Program-made: the position numbers and the translations under genes
Origin: Blastocatellia bacterium
GTDB lineage: Bacteria; Acidobacteriota; Blastocatellia; UBA7656; JADIYM01
Assembly: GCA_021463145.1 (NCBI GenBank)
Contig: JAJTWZ010000003.1
Coordinates: 35,319-99,318, forward strand
Length of the DNA stretch: 64,000 bases
Reading direction: 5' to 3'
The notes under the pieces: model-generated
Seen by the model: only the letters and a program-made list of their open reading frames with translations
What the model was told of the DNA's origin: nothing
Database searches by the model: none
In this document: positions 1 through 8,760 of the stretch, piece by piece
How positions within the stretch are numbered: the first letter of the stretch is position 1
Layout of the letters: each line of letters starts with the position of its first letter

Positions 1-272
1 AAATGGTCCTGGCTCTCGCCGACACTGCAGGCTGCCTGGTAACGGTCGAGGATCATTTCCTGGACGGAGGATTCGGAAGCGCCATCCTCGAGACGCTGGA
101 AGCCCACGGCAGGTCCGGCGTGAAGATCGCAAGGCTTGGCGTGCCGGTTGGCGTGCACCAGCATGGTCCCCCGGAAGTCCTGCGGGCTCGGTTCGGCATC
201 GACGCGGCTGGCATCGCTCAACGCGTGCGCGACCTGATCGCTGCCGACCGGCGACTCGGAGTGCATCGATAG
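1..272 (+). CDS. dxs: 1-deoxy-D-xylulose-5-phosphate synthase, C-terminal fragment (5' end outside window)
   Basis: The 89-aa frame ending at 272 resembles the transketolase-like C-terminal domain of DXS (…GVPDRF…HG…GIDAAGIAQRV…). It is followed by tlyA, which is a common neighbour. Confidence 0.65.
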   Translation, partial: MVLALADTAGCLVTVEDHFLDGGFGSAILETLEAHGRSGVKIARLGVPVGVHQHGPPEVLRARFGIDAAGIAQRVRDLIAADRRLGVHR

Positions 273-326
273 CGGGTTCAGGTCGGCTGGCTGCCAAGCG
301 CTGGTCCCAAGCCGGGAGGTTGCGAC

Positions 327-1100
327 GTGCCGAAAGTGCCGGCAACCAGGGAGAGGATCGACAGACTGCTCGTCGAGCGAGCTTTAGCCGACTCGCGCGA
401 GAAGGCGCAGGCGCTGGTGCTGGCCGGACTGGTACTCGCGGACGAGCAGCGGGTCGACAAGCCGGGTCAGACAGTGCGGCGTGATGCGACGATTCGTGTC
501 AAGGGCGCCATCCACCCTTACGTTGGACGGGGAGGCGTCAAGCTTGCGGCGGCGCTAGACGCATTCGGCATTGATCCCGGCGGCGGTACTTTCATCGATG
601 TCGGCGCGTCGACAGGCGGATTCACCGACTGCCTTCTGAAGCGCGGTGCGTCGCGAGTAGTGGCCGTCGACGTTGGCCACAATCAGCTCGACTACAGGAT
701 CAGGACCGATAAGCGAGTCGAGGTGCGCGAAGGAGTCAACGCGCGGCACCTCGTGCCCTCGAATTTCGAAGCGCCATTCGACGGGGCGGTCATCGACGTG
801 TCGTTCATCTCGCTCCGGCTGATACTGCCGGCTGTGATTCCGCTGGTGCGGCCAGGGGGATTCGTGGTCGCGCTCGTGAAGCCGCAGTTCGAAGTTGGGA
901 GGGCGGACGTCGGAAGAGGCGGCATCGTCCGCGACGACGCAAAGCGGATCGCTACGTTGCGTGACATCGAGGCCTTTGCCATTGAACTTGGCGCAAGCTC
1001 GATCGGTACGATCGAGTCGCCGATCGCCGGGGCGGACGGAAATCGGGAGTTCCTGCTGGCGCTGAAGGTTCCCGCCGCGCCGCAGCTACTGGCCGGATGA
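327..1100 (+). CDS. tlyA: TlyA-family rRNA (cytidine-2'-O)-methyltransferase / haemolysin A
   Basis: 257 aa with an S4-like N-terminus and an FtsJ-like methyltransferase core (FIDVGASTGGFTDCLL, VVAVDVG, LVKPQFE). Confidence 0.85.
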   Translation: MPKVPATRERIDRLLVERALADSREKAQALVLAGLVLADEQRVDKPGQTVRRDATIRVKGAIHPYVGRGGVKLAAALDAFGIDPGGGTFIDVGASTGGFTDCLLKRGASRVVAVDVGHNQLDYRIRTDKRVEVREGVNARHLVPSNFEAPFDGAVIDVSFISLRLILPAVIPLVRPGGFVVALVKPQFEVGRADVGRGGIVRDDAKRIATLRDIEAFAIELGASSIGTIESPIAGADGNREFLLALKVPAAPQLLAG

Positions 1101-1913
1101 GGCGCCCGGGTCGCGACGGGTCTCCGAGTACTTCACCATGGTCAGAGCGTTGCCGCACCCGCTGTATTCGACTTCGTCCATGATGCTCCGAATCAGGAGC
1201 AGGCCGCGCCCGCTCGGGCGCAACAGGTTCTCGGGAGCGCAAGGGTCGGGAACGTCTTTCTCGCTGAATCCGGGACCTTCGTCGGCAATTGTGAACCGGG
1301 CCAGCTCTGCTGAAATCTCAGCCTCGATCGTGACCAGTTTCTCGGCGTCGTAGCCGTTGCCGTGCTTGATTGCGTTAACGATGGCTTCGTCGAGTGCGAC
1401 GACGACATCGATCGACTCGGGCCGGATGATGCCGAACTGCACGAGCCGCTCGGTCAGGTGATTGAGCACCCCGTCGAGGAACTCGACCCTGCTCGGAATG
1501 ACGAATCGGACCGTCTCGGCAAGATAGGGAAGGATCTTGAGCGTGTCGCCGTGCGATTGCTGCAGCGCGAGCACCCTCTCGATCGCTTCGTCAATGGATT
1601 CTTCGGTGAAAGGACACTCGAGCGTGTCGACGCGGACCGGGCCGAGCGCGCCGCGCAGATCGGCCGGCTTTCCGTTAGTCGTGATGACGAGCGGAATCGG
1701 CTGACGCTGGGCGTGGATGCTGCGAAGCATTGCCCGATCGCGAGTGGATGCGTTCGGCAGGTCGGCTACTACCAAGTCGACGACTCCTGCGTCGATCCAG
1801 CGCACGGCCTCGTCGGTCGAATCTACGGGCGTGACAGTATGTCCACGCCTGGCGAACGCCGTAGAGAGGTTCTCGCGCAGTCCGGCGTCAGTCTCGACGA
1901 CGATCACTCGCAT
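1086..1913 (-). CDS. response-regulator receiver fused to an RsbW-like anti-sigma-factor kinase (HATPase_c) domain
   Basis: The REC domain starts MRVIVVETD… with a VDLVVADL acceptor Asp. The C-terminal half has GHKL/RsbW-like motifs (AIVNAIKHGNGYD, DEGPGF). The ORF is open up to 2033, so alternative starts exist at 1961 and 2033. Confidence 0.65.
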   Translation of the reverse strand: MRVIVVETDAGLRENLSTAFARRGHTVTPVDSTDEAVRWIDAGVVDLVVADLPNASTRDRAMLRSIHAQRQPIPLVITTNGKPADLRGALGPVRVDTLECPFTEESIDEAIERVLALQQSHGDTLKILPYLAETVRFVIPSRVEFLDGVLNHLTERLVQFGIIRPESIDVVVALDEAIVNAIKHGNGYDAEKLVTIEAEISAELARFTIADEGPGFSEKDVPDPCAPENLLRPSGRGLLLIRSIMDEVEYSGCGNALTMVKYSETRRDPGASSGQ

Positions 1914-2026
1914 CCGCTCACTGGACCCCGCGGCCGGCTGCTCGGGCGGCTGTGCTCCCATCTCCTGCAGCTTACACGACCGTTTTAATTCGAAACAAGC
2001 ACGGGGTGCTAGAATCGCATCGCTCA

Positions 2027-2956
2027 ATGGCACGAATCGAGGGCAAGGCGCATCCGTCAGGAAGCCGTCGCACGCGGGCGGCGACAGTTTCGGTCGTGGT
2101 CGCCGTCACCCTCGTGATGGTGAAAGTAGCTGCTGGAGTCTGGACCAACTCGCTCAGCGTCTTCGCCTCCGCGGTAGATTCCACGACCGACATCTTCGCC
2201 TCAGCGGTAAACCTGGTGGCGGTTCGTGCGGCCTCGATGCCGGCCGATCACGAACACGTTTACGGGCACGGAAAGGCCGAGGGACTCGCCGGGCTATTCC
2301 AGGCCCTCGTGATCGGGGCGTCCGGATCATACCTGGCCTACGAGTCGACGCACCGTCTCGTGACGCCGGAGCCGATCATGGCCGAGGCCACCGGAATCGT
2401 AGTGATGGCCCTGTCGATCGTTGCAAGCGTGTGCCTAGTTCGCTATCTGCGTCGCGTCGCGCGGGAGACGGGATCTATCGCGCTGGAGGCCGACAGTCTG
2501 CACTACGCTACGGATGTACTGTCGAACGCAGGAGTGCTCGTGCTCCTGGCGGTCGTCGCGGTTACAGGGATGCCGATACTGGATCCCATTGTCTCGCTCC
2601 TCATCTCGGCATATATCGTATGGTCGGCGATTCGCGTGCTGCGGACGTCGATCGATCACCTGATGGATCGTGCACTGCCGGATGAGGTACTCGAAACCGT
2701 GGCGCGAACGGCGATGTGCAGCGAGCACGTGCGCGGAGTTCATGACATCCGGTCGCGTGTGGCGGGAACGCAGTCATTTATCGAAATGCACCTCGAGATG
2801 GACGGCGGGATGACTCTTCGCGACAGCCACGATGCGGCCGTCGCAGTTCTTCGAGCCGTCGAGGCAGGCGTGCCGAACGCCAAGGTGTTCGTTCACGTGG
2901 ACCCGGTGGAGGGGGAAGATGCGCTGCAGGCCGGCCCGGGAATGCCGGACGGATGA
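2027..2956 (+). CDS. cation diffusion facilitator (CDF) family metal-ion transporter
   Basis: Six predicted TM helices with the HEHVYGHGKAEG and HxxxD motifs and a C-terminal cytoplasmic dimerisation domain. The ORF is open from 1952; the likely ATG is at 2027. Confidence 0.8.
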   Translation: MARIEGKAHPSGSRRTRAATVSVVVAVTLVMVKVAAGVWTNSLSVFASAVDSTTDIFASAVNLVAVRAASMPADHEHVYGHGKAEGLAGLFQALVIGASGSYLAYESTHRLVTPEPIMAEATGIVVMALSIVASVCLVRYLRRVARETGSIALEADSLHYATDVLSNAGVLVLLAVVAVTGMPILDPIVSLLISAYIVWSAIRVLRTSIDHLMDRALPDEVLETVARTAMCSEHVRGVHDIRSRVAGTQSFIEMHLEMDGGMTLRDSHDAAVAVLRAVEAGVPNAKVFVHVDPVEGEDALQAGPGMPDG

Positions 2957-3042
2957 ATGGAATCGGAACCCTGGTTCAGATCCACTTCAGCCGTCCGATC
3001 CATCCCGACTGCGTCATATCCTGATCTTCGCGGTCCGGCTAC

Positions 3043-5109
3043 TCAGTACTCGATCAGCTTTAGCGCCTTGTCGTAGACGTCCTCGACCTGAGGCAATACC
3101 GCGCGCTCGAGGATTCGCGAAAAGGGAATCGGAGCGTAAGCGGCTCCGACGCGCCCGATAGGCGCATCCAGATATTCGAAGCACTCCTCGGATATCCGGG
3201 CCGCGATCTCGCCGCCAACGCCGCCGATCGTCGTGTCCTCGTGGACGATGAGGACGCGGTTGGTCTTCTGCACCGATTGAGCGACCGCCGCCATGTCGAA
3301 GGGCACTATCGAGCGAAGATCGATTACCTCGACCTCGACTCCGTGCTCCTCCTTCAGCTGATTGGCGGCGCGAAGCGACCAGTGAACGGTCGTGCCATAG
3401 GTAACGATCGTGAGGTCGGTGCCGGGGCGCCGGATCCTGGCCTTGCCGAACGGGATGCGGTAATCCGGGCCAGGGTCGGAAGCCTTCGCGAAGATCTGGT
3501 TGTAGAGGTACTTCGGCTCGAGAAAAATCGTGATGCCACGGCTGCGGAATGCCTGCCGCAGCAAGCCGGCTGCGTCGTCGGCGAACGCCGGCATCACGAC
3601 TCGCAGCCCCGGCAGCGTCTGGAAGAACGCTTCCAGAGTCTGCGAATGGTAGAGCCCGCCGCCTATGTACCCGCCGCAAGAGAGCCGGATCACCAGGTTT
3701 GGACAGAACTGTCCGTTCGAGCGGTAATAATCGTGCGACGTATCGACGATCTGCTCTGCCGCCGGCCAGTAATAGTCGGCGAACTGGGCGCCCTCGATGC
3801 AGACCCACAAGTCGTCGCGATACCGCGACATGCCGTTCGCCGTGCCGCTGATGAAGTCCTCGGCGATCGGTGCGTTGAACACCCGGCTGTCGCCGAACTC
3901 CTGCACCATTCCCTTCGTGACGTTGAACACGCCGCCCTTCTCGAACGACGCAACGTCCTGGCCCCAGATGTAGGTGTGCGGATTGCGCCGGAATTCGCCG
4001 ATCAGCGTGTGGTTGATCGCTTCGCGGAGGGTGACGATCTCTCCACCGGGCCGCTCGACCAATTCCGACTCCTCGACGTCGGCCTGCTCCGGTACGACGA
4101 ACATCGTTGCCGTCTCGGGATCAGGATCCGGAGCGGCCTCGCCGCGATTGGCAGCGTCGTCGACCAGCGCCGTGTTCTCCGCCTCGATCGCATCGAGCTC
4201 TCCGGCCGAAATGCCGTGTTCGAGCATGTAGTTACGGAGACGAGGGAACGGGTCCATCGTCTCGCACTCAGCGATTTCTTCGGGTGTGCGGTACAACTCG
4301 TGCCGATCCGAGTTCGAGTGCGCGTAAATCCGCCGGCAGAGCGCGTGAACGAGCACGGGGCCCGCGCCGGAATGAACGTAGGCGAGTGCCTCCTGCATTG
4401 CACGGTGCGAGTCGAACGGATTCGTGCCGTCACAGTTGACGATCAGCAGGTTTTTCAGCCCGCGATAGTTCTCCGAGACGATGGGATTTGCGGACTGGAC
4501 GCTGACGGGCACCGAGATGCCGTAGCCGTTGTTCTGGACGACGAAGATGACCGGAAGCTTCTCCCTTGTGGCGCCGTTGAGAGCCTCGTAGACGTAGCCT
4601 TCCGACGTCGACGACTCACCCTGGCTCGAAAAGGCAATGCGGTCCTCTCCGTAGGTCTTAGCTGCCCGAGCGATACCCACGGCGTGCAACGTGTGGTTTC
4701 CAGTCGCCGACGAGACGTTCCAGATTCCGATCGGCAGCTTCGCGAAGTGATTCGACATGTGGCGGCCGCCAGATGCTGGGTCGTCCGCCTTGGAGAGTCC
4801 GTTCAAAATGAGTTCGTATGGCGTGATTCCAGCCGCAAGGCAGGTGAGCATGTCGCGGTAGTAGGGAAAGAGCCAATCCCTGCCTTGCCGGAACGCCATG
4901 CCGAGCGCGACCTGAATGCCGTCGTGGCCGGCGTGTGACGCGTGATAGGACCAGCCTTTCGCCTGGCGGAGATACTTTCGGGCGCGGTCGTCGACGAGGC
5001 GAGCCTGGTGAATCAGGCGGTACCACGACTTCTGGGTTTCAATGTCTACTTTGACTCCGGCGTCGTTCAGTGGTTTGAACTGGATACTTGCTACCGTCTC
5101 TGTACTCAT
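3043..5109 (-). CDS. 2-oxoacid (branched-chain/acetoin-type) dehydrogenase E1 component, fused alpha-beta subunits
   Basis: 688 aa. The N-terminal half has a TPP-binding E1-alpha signature (GxxSEG…N). The C-terminal half is E1-beta / transketolase C-like. The AAGAGAAG RBS precedes the ATG. Confidence 0.85.
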   Translation of the reverse strand: MSTETVASIQFKPLNDAGVKVDIETQKSWYRLIHQARLVDDRARKYLRQAKGWSYHASHAGHDGIQVALGMAFRQGRDWLFPYYRDMLTCLAAGITPYELILNGLSKADDPASGGRHMSNHFAKLPIGIWNVSSATGNHTLHAVGIARAAKTYGEDRIAFSSQGESSTSEGYVYEALNGATREKLPVIFVVQNNGYGISVPVSVQSANPIVSENYRGLKNLLIVNCDGTNPFDSHRAMQEALAYVHSGAGPVLVHALCRRIYAHSNSDRHELYRTPEEIAECETMDPFPRLRNYMLEHGISAGELDAIEAENTALVDDAANRGEAAPDPDPETATMFVVPEQADVEESELVERPGGEIVTLREAINHTLIGEFRRNPHTYIWGQDVASFEKGGVFNVTKGMVQEFGDSRVFNAPIAEDFISGTANGMSRYRDDLWVCIEGAQFADYYWPAAEQIVDTSHDYYRSNGQFCPNLVIRLSCGGYIGGGLYHSQTLEAFFQTLPGLRVVMPAFADDAAGLLRQAFRSRGITIFLEPKYLYNQIFAKASDPGPDYRIPFGKARIRRPGTDLTIVTYGTTVHWSLRAANQLKEEHGVEVEVIDLRSIVPFDMAAVAQSVQKTNRVLIVHEDTTIGGVGGEIAARISEECFEYLDAPIGRVGAAYAPIPFSRILERAVLPQVEDVYDKALKLIEY

Positions 5110-5286
5110 TGATCACTTCTCTTTCGGAGTTATTGGCCGCAGTACAATATCAGGGCAAACGCCTCGATTCAAACTGGGTCATGTCGGCCCATGAAGCAAC
5201 TCTTGGGTCCTTTCTTTCGATCATGGGGCGCCGCTCGGGTCGTTCAATCGCCTGACGGTCATACATCGACGAAGGAGAGTCTCATC

Positions 5287-5892
5287 ATGTTGAAAGTTGT
5301 ACGGACGGTGTTGGGAACGGTTCTGGCTACCGTTGTCGCGATTACGGGCGCAAGCGCCGCTGGAAAGAAGGCGGTCACCGGCTCGGTGCCGGGTGAAGAA
5401 GACTTTCGCAGTGCGACCGGTTACACGGTTGTACTGATGGAGCATTGCAAGGCCGTCAATCGGCTCGCGCGGGGCAAAGGGGCGTTCAACGTGGAACTGG
5501 CGCGTGAACACGCCGCTGAGATCACCCGCAGCGCCGCGTCGGCGTCACGTCACGTAAAGGACTACCTTGCCTCGCTGGGCCAGGACCAGAAGGTGCTCGT
5601 GACGGCACAGTCGGGGGCCCAACAGGCGGGAGAAACCGCGGTTGTGCAGCTGGCGGGAAAACTGGACAGCGTTCTTCAGCAGGCTTCGCCCGATCGCGCA
5701 GCGGTTTCGAACACGGTTACGGAGCTCTATCTGGCCGCCAAGGACCTGCTTGTCTCTCACAAGGCGGCCGGTAAGACGCTTGGGATCGCGGCTGCTACTC
5801 CGCCGCGAAAGGCGGCTCCCCGGAAGCCCAGGGCGCCAAAGGCGCCGAAGGCAGCCAACGCGCCCGAAACGACTGCTGCAGTCTCGAAATAG
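5287..5892 (+). CDS. secreted hypothetical protein with Lys/Ala/Pro-rich C-terminal tail
   Basis: GAAGGAGAG RBS lies 8 nt before the ATG at 5287. The signal peptide reads MLKVVRTVLGTVLATVVAITGASAAGKK. The C-terminus is a KAP-repeat low-complexity tail. Confidence 0.55.
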   Translation: MLKVVRTVLGTVLATVVAITGASAAGKKAVTGSVPGEEDFRSATGYTVVLMEHCKAVNRLARGKGAFNVELAREHAAEITRSAASASRHVKDYLASLGQDQKVLVTAQSGAQQAGETAVVQLAGKLDSVLQQASPDRAAVSNTVTELYLAAKDLLVSHKAAGKTLGIAAATPPRKAAPRKPRAPKAPKAANAPETTAAVSK

Positions 5893-5998
5893 CGGGAAGA
5901 CAGGGTCGCAGAGAAGAGATCCCGGACGAAGTTCTTCGTCCGGGATCCGGCGTCAGTACACCTTGTGCACAAGTAACGGGTAAGAGGCCTGAAGCGGT

Positions 5999-6868
5999 CT
6001 ATGGGAGGGCGTCGCCGCGCATTCGTCCGGTCAGATTCTCTTCGCGCTCGTCGAACGCCCGCCGGGCAGCTTCGGGCGCATTCGGCTTGATGCTGACGGG
6101 GCGCGCGGGAATGCCGGTCGCTATGTTGAAGTCCGGAATCGCCTTCGTCACGACTCCAAAGCTGCCCACCATCGCGTCGTCACCAACGCTGGTCCCCGAT
6201 AGGACGGTCGCGTGATATGTGATTCTGGCGCGATGGCCGATCGTCGTGCTGTCGGTGCGGACACTGTCGATTTCGACAATGTCGTGCGAGTGCGAATATA
6301 TGTTCGCGTAGTCCGAGATCGACACGTCATCCCCGATCGTTACCTTCCCGCGGTCGTCGATCAGCACGTTCTTGTGGACGACCACATTGTCCCCGAACGT
6401 CAGGTTGTAACCGAATGACCACTCCACGAAATGCCAGGATTTGAAGTTGGCGCCGACCTTCTCGAAGATGTACGGCGCCAGAACGCGGCGGAAGCGATGC
6501 CCGAGTCCCGCGTGCAATCCGGCCGGAGACCGGTCGAACATCTGCCACAGCCACGTCAGCGGTTTTCGCGGGTAGTAGCGCACCGGATCGCAGTTGGCGT
6601 AGTACTCGGGCTCGAGGGTCGTATTCCGGGGATCGAGGCACGCGAGCATCGATTGCGCGGCAAGCGAGAGGCTTGCGTCGTTGATCCGCTCGAAGTCGCC
6701 CGGCGTACCGAAGTAAAGATCGTGAAGCGTCGCCCGCACGAGCTCGTTCCGGTCGACAGCGTCGCTATTGAGCCGCTCTTCCAGTTCGAGCAGGAATCTA
6801 TCGAAGACCACCTCGGCTTCCGGAAGCGGCCTGAGCTGGCGAAACGGCATCGGAACGTACTTCGGCAT
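5999..6868 (-). CDS. hexapeptide-repeat (left-handed beta-helix) acyl/acetyl-transferase
   Basis: Repeated [LIV]GxxxxI hexapeptides (VTIGDDVSISDYANIYSHSHD…). GGGAGCG RBS precedes the ATG at 6868; the ORF is open to 6934. Confidence 0.7.
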   Translation of the reverse strand: MPKYVPMPFRQLRPLPEAEVVFDRFLLELEERLNSDAVDRNELVRATLHDLYFGTPGDFERINDASLSLAAQSMLACLDPRNTTLEPEYYANCDPVRYYPRKPLTWLWQMFDRSPAGLHAGLGHRFRRVLAPYIFEKVGANFKSWHFVEWSFGYNLTFGDNVVVHKNVLIDDRGKVTIGDDVSISDYANIYSHSHDIVEIDSVRTDSTTIGHRARITYHATVLSGTSVGDDAMVGSFGVVTKAIPDFNIATGIPARPVSIKPNAPEAARRAFDEREENLTGRMRGDALP

Positions 6869-6957
6869 CGGCTGATCGCTCCCGCAAAGTGAAATTCGAC
6901 CTGAGGTAATAGCCCCGTTGTCAGCGGGCGTCAACCCGCGGCGCCGGAACGGTTCGA

Positions 6958-8760
6958 ATGGCTGTGCTACGATCCGCCTCGATGCGAGCGCCGAGGATTC
7001 GGTTGGTTCTTGCCGGCGTCGCGGCGTCGCTCGCCGTCATTGCATTGGCCTGGTGGATGACGAGGCCGCGACCGAGCGTCGACATGGCCGGATTCGCTCC
7101 CGAGTCGGCTGCTTTGTACGTCGAGCTCAACAGCCTGCCCGACCTCGCGGAGGGACTCACCGAATCGGACGCGTGGGCCAGGCTCGCCGCACCGCTCGGC
7201 CTATCGAGTCAACTCGACTACGCCGGACCGGTGGCTGAGATGCTCGGCCGGTTCGAGCTGGGGTCAGACGACGCTGCCGTGCTCGGCCGTTCCCAGTTTG
7301 CCATCGTCGTGACGAGCATTTCAGCCGGCGCCGATGAAGAAGGCGACGCGGGCGCACTGGTGGTACGGCCTCGATTCGCGCTCGTGGTGAAAACGCACTC
7401 CGGTGCGTCGGCCGCAGAACGCATAGCGGCGGATCGCCTCCCTCAACTGGCTCGAAAGGCCTACGGCCCGGACGTTCCGATCGCGGAAGTGCCGGGACCG
7501 GGCGACCGGATGACATTCGCGCAGGGACCGGCGGCTGCGCGCCGAATGGTCTGGGCCACGAAGGAAGATGTCGTGATCCTGGGTAACGACGTCGACTCTG
7601 TCAGGGCCGTTCTGGACGCGAGCGCAACTCGCATCCCTTCGCTTGCGGGCTCGTTTCATCTCGAGAAGGCTCGGAAGCTGGTCGAGGCGTCGAACTCGCT
7701 CGTGTTCGCGTATGCATCCGCCGCGACCGGCGGAGATCTCGTGGCTTCGTCGCTTGGCGGCGTGACGCCGGAGGAGGCGCCGGCGGCTGGCTCGAGTGCC
7801 ACCTCCGATGCGCCTCCGCCACCTCTTGGAGGGCTCTTGTCAGGTATCGCGAAGGGCGCGGCTGTGGGCGTGGGTTACTCGGGGCGATTCGAGAACGGCC
7901 GCTTCGTCGAACGGACGGCGACGCTGCTGTCGCCGCGCATGGCCGAGGCGATGACGGCCACGGTCGTGCCGGCGGAGGGCGAGCCGACGTCGCTCCCATT
8001 GATTCCGGCAGGCATCGAGGAAGTCAACGTAGTCCGTGTCGCGCGACCGGGCGAAACCGTCGAGTCACTCCTCAATTCGCTGTCCGGCAGTGTGGACGTA
8101 GCGGTCAGCGCAACGCTGACGCAGATGGCCATCGGATCGCGCAGGGAATTTGGCGCGCAAGCGACGGACCTGGTGTCGCCGATGATTGGCAACGAAGTGG
8201 CATTTCTCGATTTCGGCAACGGCGACCCGTTTGCGGTTGCATTCGAAGTCGTCGACAGGGAAGGAGCACTGCCGGTGGTGGCGCGCTATCTGTCCGACGG
8301 AGGAAACCGCTCGACGAGCGAATTGTACGGAGGATTCGAGATCCTCAAGTCGACCAATGACGACGGCCGCTGCTTCGCATTCCTTGGGCGGTACGGAGTT
8401 TACGGAACGCGCGATCAACTCGTGAAAATGATCGACGCGCGCGCGGCGGGCGCACGCGAGAATTCCGATCTCGCAAGAGTATTGGCAGGTCCGCCGCCCG
8501 CAATCGTCGGAACCGAAAGGCGCGACGATCGCGACGCTCCCGAACTGCTTCTTGCCATTTCCGTTGCATTTCGCACGTCGGATGGCGCCGTCGACACGCT
8601 CGAGCGAGATGACGTGAAGACCGCAAGGAATGCACTTTCGCCCGCGACGAGCCGATGGGAACTTCGCGACCAGGCGCTAGTCGTCGAGTCGCGTTCCGCC
8701 GTTGGAAATCTCTCGTTCCTTACTTCCTTTCTTGCGGAGCCCTCCGAAAAGAAGTCCTAG
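6958..8760 (+). CDS. membrane-anchored hypothetical protein (600 aa)
   Basis: Long ORF with an N-terminal TM segment (LVLAGVAASLAVIALAWW). No recognisable catalytic motif. Composition is coding-like. Confidence 0.5.
   Translation: MAVLRSASMRAPRIRLVLAGVAASLAVIALAWWMTRPRPSVDMAGFAPESAALYVELNSLPDLAEGLTESDAWARLAAPLGLSSQLDYAGPVAEMLGRFELGSDDAAVLGRSQFAIVVTSISAGADEEGDAGALVVRPRFALVVKTHSGASAAERIAADRLPQLARKAYGPDVPIAEVPGPGDRMTFAQGPAAARRMVWATKEDVVILGNDVDSVRAVLDASATRIPSLAGSFHLEKARKLVEASNSLVFAYASAATGGDLVASSLGGVTPEEAPAAGSSATSDAPPPPLGGLLSGIAKGAAVGVGYSGRFENGRFVERTATLLSPRMAEAMTATVVPAEGEPTSLPLIPAGIEEVNVVRVARPGETVESLLNSLSGSVDVAVSATLTQMAIGSRREFGAQATDLVSPMIGNEVAFLDFGNGDPFAVAFEVVDREGALPVVARYLSDGGNRSTSELYGGFEILKSTNDDGRCFAFLGRYGVYGTRDQLVKMIDARAAGARENSDLARVLAGPPPAIVGTERRDDRDAPELLLAISVAFRTSDGAVDTLERDDVKTARNALSPATSRWELRDQALVVESRSAVGNLSFLTSFLAEPSEKKS

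Noticed and set aside
1914-2026. Possible metal-sensing riboswitch in the ~110-nt leader of the CDF transporter
   Set aside because: I could not recognise the conserved cores of the czcD/NiCo or yybP-ykoY classes by eye. A covariance-model scan would be needed.
3241-4938. 565-aa ORF on the plus strand
   Set aside because: It is entirely antisense to the well-supported fused E1 alpha/beta gene. Its composition is Arg/Val-rich low-complexity, typical of the antisense frame of a high-GC gene.
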